From Podarcis cretensis (lineage: Eukaryota), in contig OX638150.1 of the NCBI GenBank assembly GCA_951804945.1, positions 90,768,001-90,832,000 on the forward strand: a stretch of 64,000 nucleotides of DNA. Reading direction: 5' to 3'. A model generated the notes under the pieces. That model was not told the DNA's origin, ran no database searches, and saw only the letters and a list, made by a program, of their open reading frames with translations. Made by a program: the position numbers and the translations under genes. Each line of letters starts with the position of its first letter. Position 1 is the first letter of the stretch. Below are positions 61,577 through 64,000 of this stretch, in pieces.

Positions 61577-64000
61577 GTAGGAGAGGCTGCAATGATGAAA
61601 AAGTGAGATTCACTGAGTGTTTCAGGGAACAGATTTCAGGGGATCAGCCATGTCTATATTGAGCCATCCAGACTAGATTCTTTAAGATGCATTAGTTTCT
61701 AGATTTGCAGTATGTAAATCAACAACCATGCCAACCTTTTGCAGCATTGTACTTCGCAGTGGATCCCGTTTAATTTTTGACTGGACTGAAGCTTACTGAC
61801 CACTGTGACCCACCAGAAGCCAGCCGCTTTCAAGTTCTTACTCAAGGGGATTGATATGTTGGGCCACTACAGTGTATTTCAATCTTAAAAAGGCAAATAC
61901 TTTTAAAACGCATTAGTGCTTATCCTTCCAGTGCAATATGTGTCCCCCTAGAGAATTTGAGCAGTCTCCAAACTGTGTAAAGTAAGAAGTAAAGTAGCCT
62001 GTGACCAGAGAGAGGCAAAAGCTAAGTAATGCTATTTAGAATCTGAACAAAACCAATGTTCTCATAAAAAGGTTCCCTGATTTTTCCCATTTTACAGAAT
62101 GGGAACTTAGACTAGGATCAGAAATCTTGCATAAAACCAGATGATTTTTAGGTTGTATAGGTCTTTGACCACTATACTGGTCATTGAACTGTGCTGACTG
62201 TCAGCTCACAGAACTAAAAAATAAAATATATAGTTTTAACTGGCTTTATGAGCCAATTTTGGCTGGCAGGTGGGACAAATTTTATACCAAGTTTGTACCA
62301 GTAAATAAACTAGCAGCTGTTGATAAGGGGAAGGTTAATGTTCATACCTCTCTTAGGTCCAAACTTGATGTCAGTCTAAACCAGGTTAAAATTTAAAATT
62401 TATAGCATGTCCCTGAGTCAGTTTTGACTAGGATTACAGTGCACGGGGAGGGGAGGTTTAATCCAACAAAAACTGCCACCACCAAGACTTGAACCTGGGG
62501 GGGGGGGGATATGTGTGAGGAAAATGTTGATTTGTATGAAATAAAGCATCCAGACAAACGATAACAAGGGGATTGGGAGGGGAGACTTCTGGGTTTTTAA
62601 AGAATCTGAAGCTGTAAGTGGCAGTATTAGCGGGTAGCCTTTAAGGACCAAATGGAGGAACATTTTTCTCTGAACTCTCAGCTGAGCCTCTTTACCTTTT
62701 GCTTGCATGGGTTGCTCAAAGGTTGGTGGAGCTGTTTATTTTCAATCTAACACTTATTAGCTTTTGACACCTTTCAACCTTTTCTGTGTGGGCTGTTGAT
62801 AGATTGATTATGTTGTCACTTTATTGCTTGCTTGCTTGCTTGCTTGTTCCTGTGCGACTTTTCGCCATAGTAACACTAGTGGCTGGTGGTGTTCAGTTTT
62901 TAAAGGCAGTCATCAATATATTTTTTTTTGCAGTGTGATGATTTAGGTTTAATGCCATTATCCCACACGTCCCTGCTTGAGGATTATGGAGACTTTGTTT
63001 TCATTCAAATTGTGTTTTTCTTTTCTTTACTCCGTCTCATTTTTATTCCTCCTTTTTTTGTTTAGTGTTTAATTTGCACAGCAGTAAACCAAATAGAATG
63101 ACATTACTTCTTTGCCTAGCAGTGGGTGCTCTTTGTCTTATGCTATTAGAATGAATTGGTGTTTCTGTGGGCCATTACTCCTAATCTGGGCGAGCACAGA
63201 GGCCAGCAGAGAGGGAACTGCCAACAGAGCATCTAAAAACTTCTGTAGGCAGTTGATGGTTATCTAGAAGAAAGAAAAAAACCTTCCTTAATAATAGACA
63301 GAGCAGCCTATTATATTTGTCCTAAAAACAAAATAGGGTGGCATGATCTCCAGGCCACAAATTCTGTTTCTAGACTATTTTCTTAAAATACCTTCTTTTA
63401 ACCAGCAGAGAAGAAATGCAAGGAAAAAGAAAGGAGCACAAAGAAATTGCTAGTAAAGTCAGAGCAAATGGCAACACTTAAGAGAGAAATGCCTCTATGT
63501 TTTATCAAAGCACCTTTTCACATTGGCAAGAAATGTGGCAAATAGCTAATTGTTCATTCAAGGGGACCTAAAAGAGTCCTGGATAGCCAAGGAGGCTTAT
63601 TTAAAATTCAGATTGGACTATATTACTTAATCTTCAAATTAAATGAAAGAATGAAGCATGATAATCAAATGAGTACTCCTCAGCAAATAAGCTGGCAGTG
63701 GTGTGATTTGGCATTATATGTCCTTTACAGCACTGATGCTTCAATTCCAAACACACTGGAAATAAGTCTCATTGAACTCTGGAGTAGAGTTCTGAGTAGA
63801 CAGCCTCACAGCACATCCTGTGTACATTTTCAAATCCACGTTCTGCAAAGATCCTTTCTCAAAACCTATGTGGCATCCAAGGCTATCTTCTTCTTTTTCC
63901 CCCTTTGTTTGCAAATGAAAATTATGGAACTTGGAATTCATATGGTTTTCACTGAAGTGTAATAGCTGGAGGGGATTTCAAAGAAAGGTGCTACCTCTTT

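Noticed and set aside
61577-64000. Terminal SRGAP3 exon (DIEKTMSTAL...)
   Set aside because: Not found here; it presumably lies downstream of the window.

Overview
Vertebrate genomic DNA, almost certainly a squamate and probably a lacertid lizard, judged from Sauria-type SINEs and the L2, CR1 and MITE families. The whole window lies inside SRGAP3 (SLIT-ROBO Rho GAP 3) on the + strand. Sixteen GT-AG exons, equivalent to human exons 6-21, splice into an open 2214-nt frame (738 codons): the end of the F-BAR/FX region, RhoGAP, SH3 and most of the C-terminal tail. A 31-nt exon (12b) is mutually exclusive with the 103-nt exon 12a. Exons 1-5 and the last exon are outside the window. Exon numbering and human comparisons are from memory, not from a search. 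The introns are full of transposons: a very young 5'-truncated L1 nested in an L2, Sauria SINEs, tRNA-Lys- and 5S-derived SINEs, CR1/L2 fragments, Tc1/mariner and hAT MITEs, and two solo-LTR-like elements. I found no convincing new biological system. The best leads are a candidate RBFOX-flanked stop-containing exon in intron 18, the 12a/12b switch, LTRs with reading frames open from their terminus, a hairpin-array MITE and an isolated 60-nt hairpin in intron 19.
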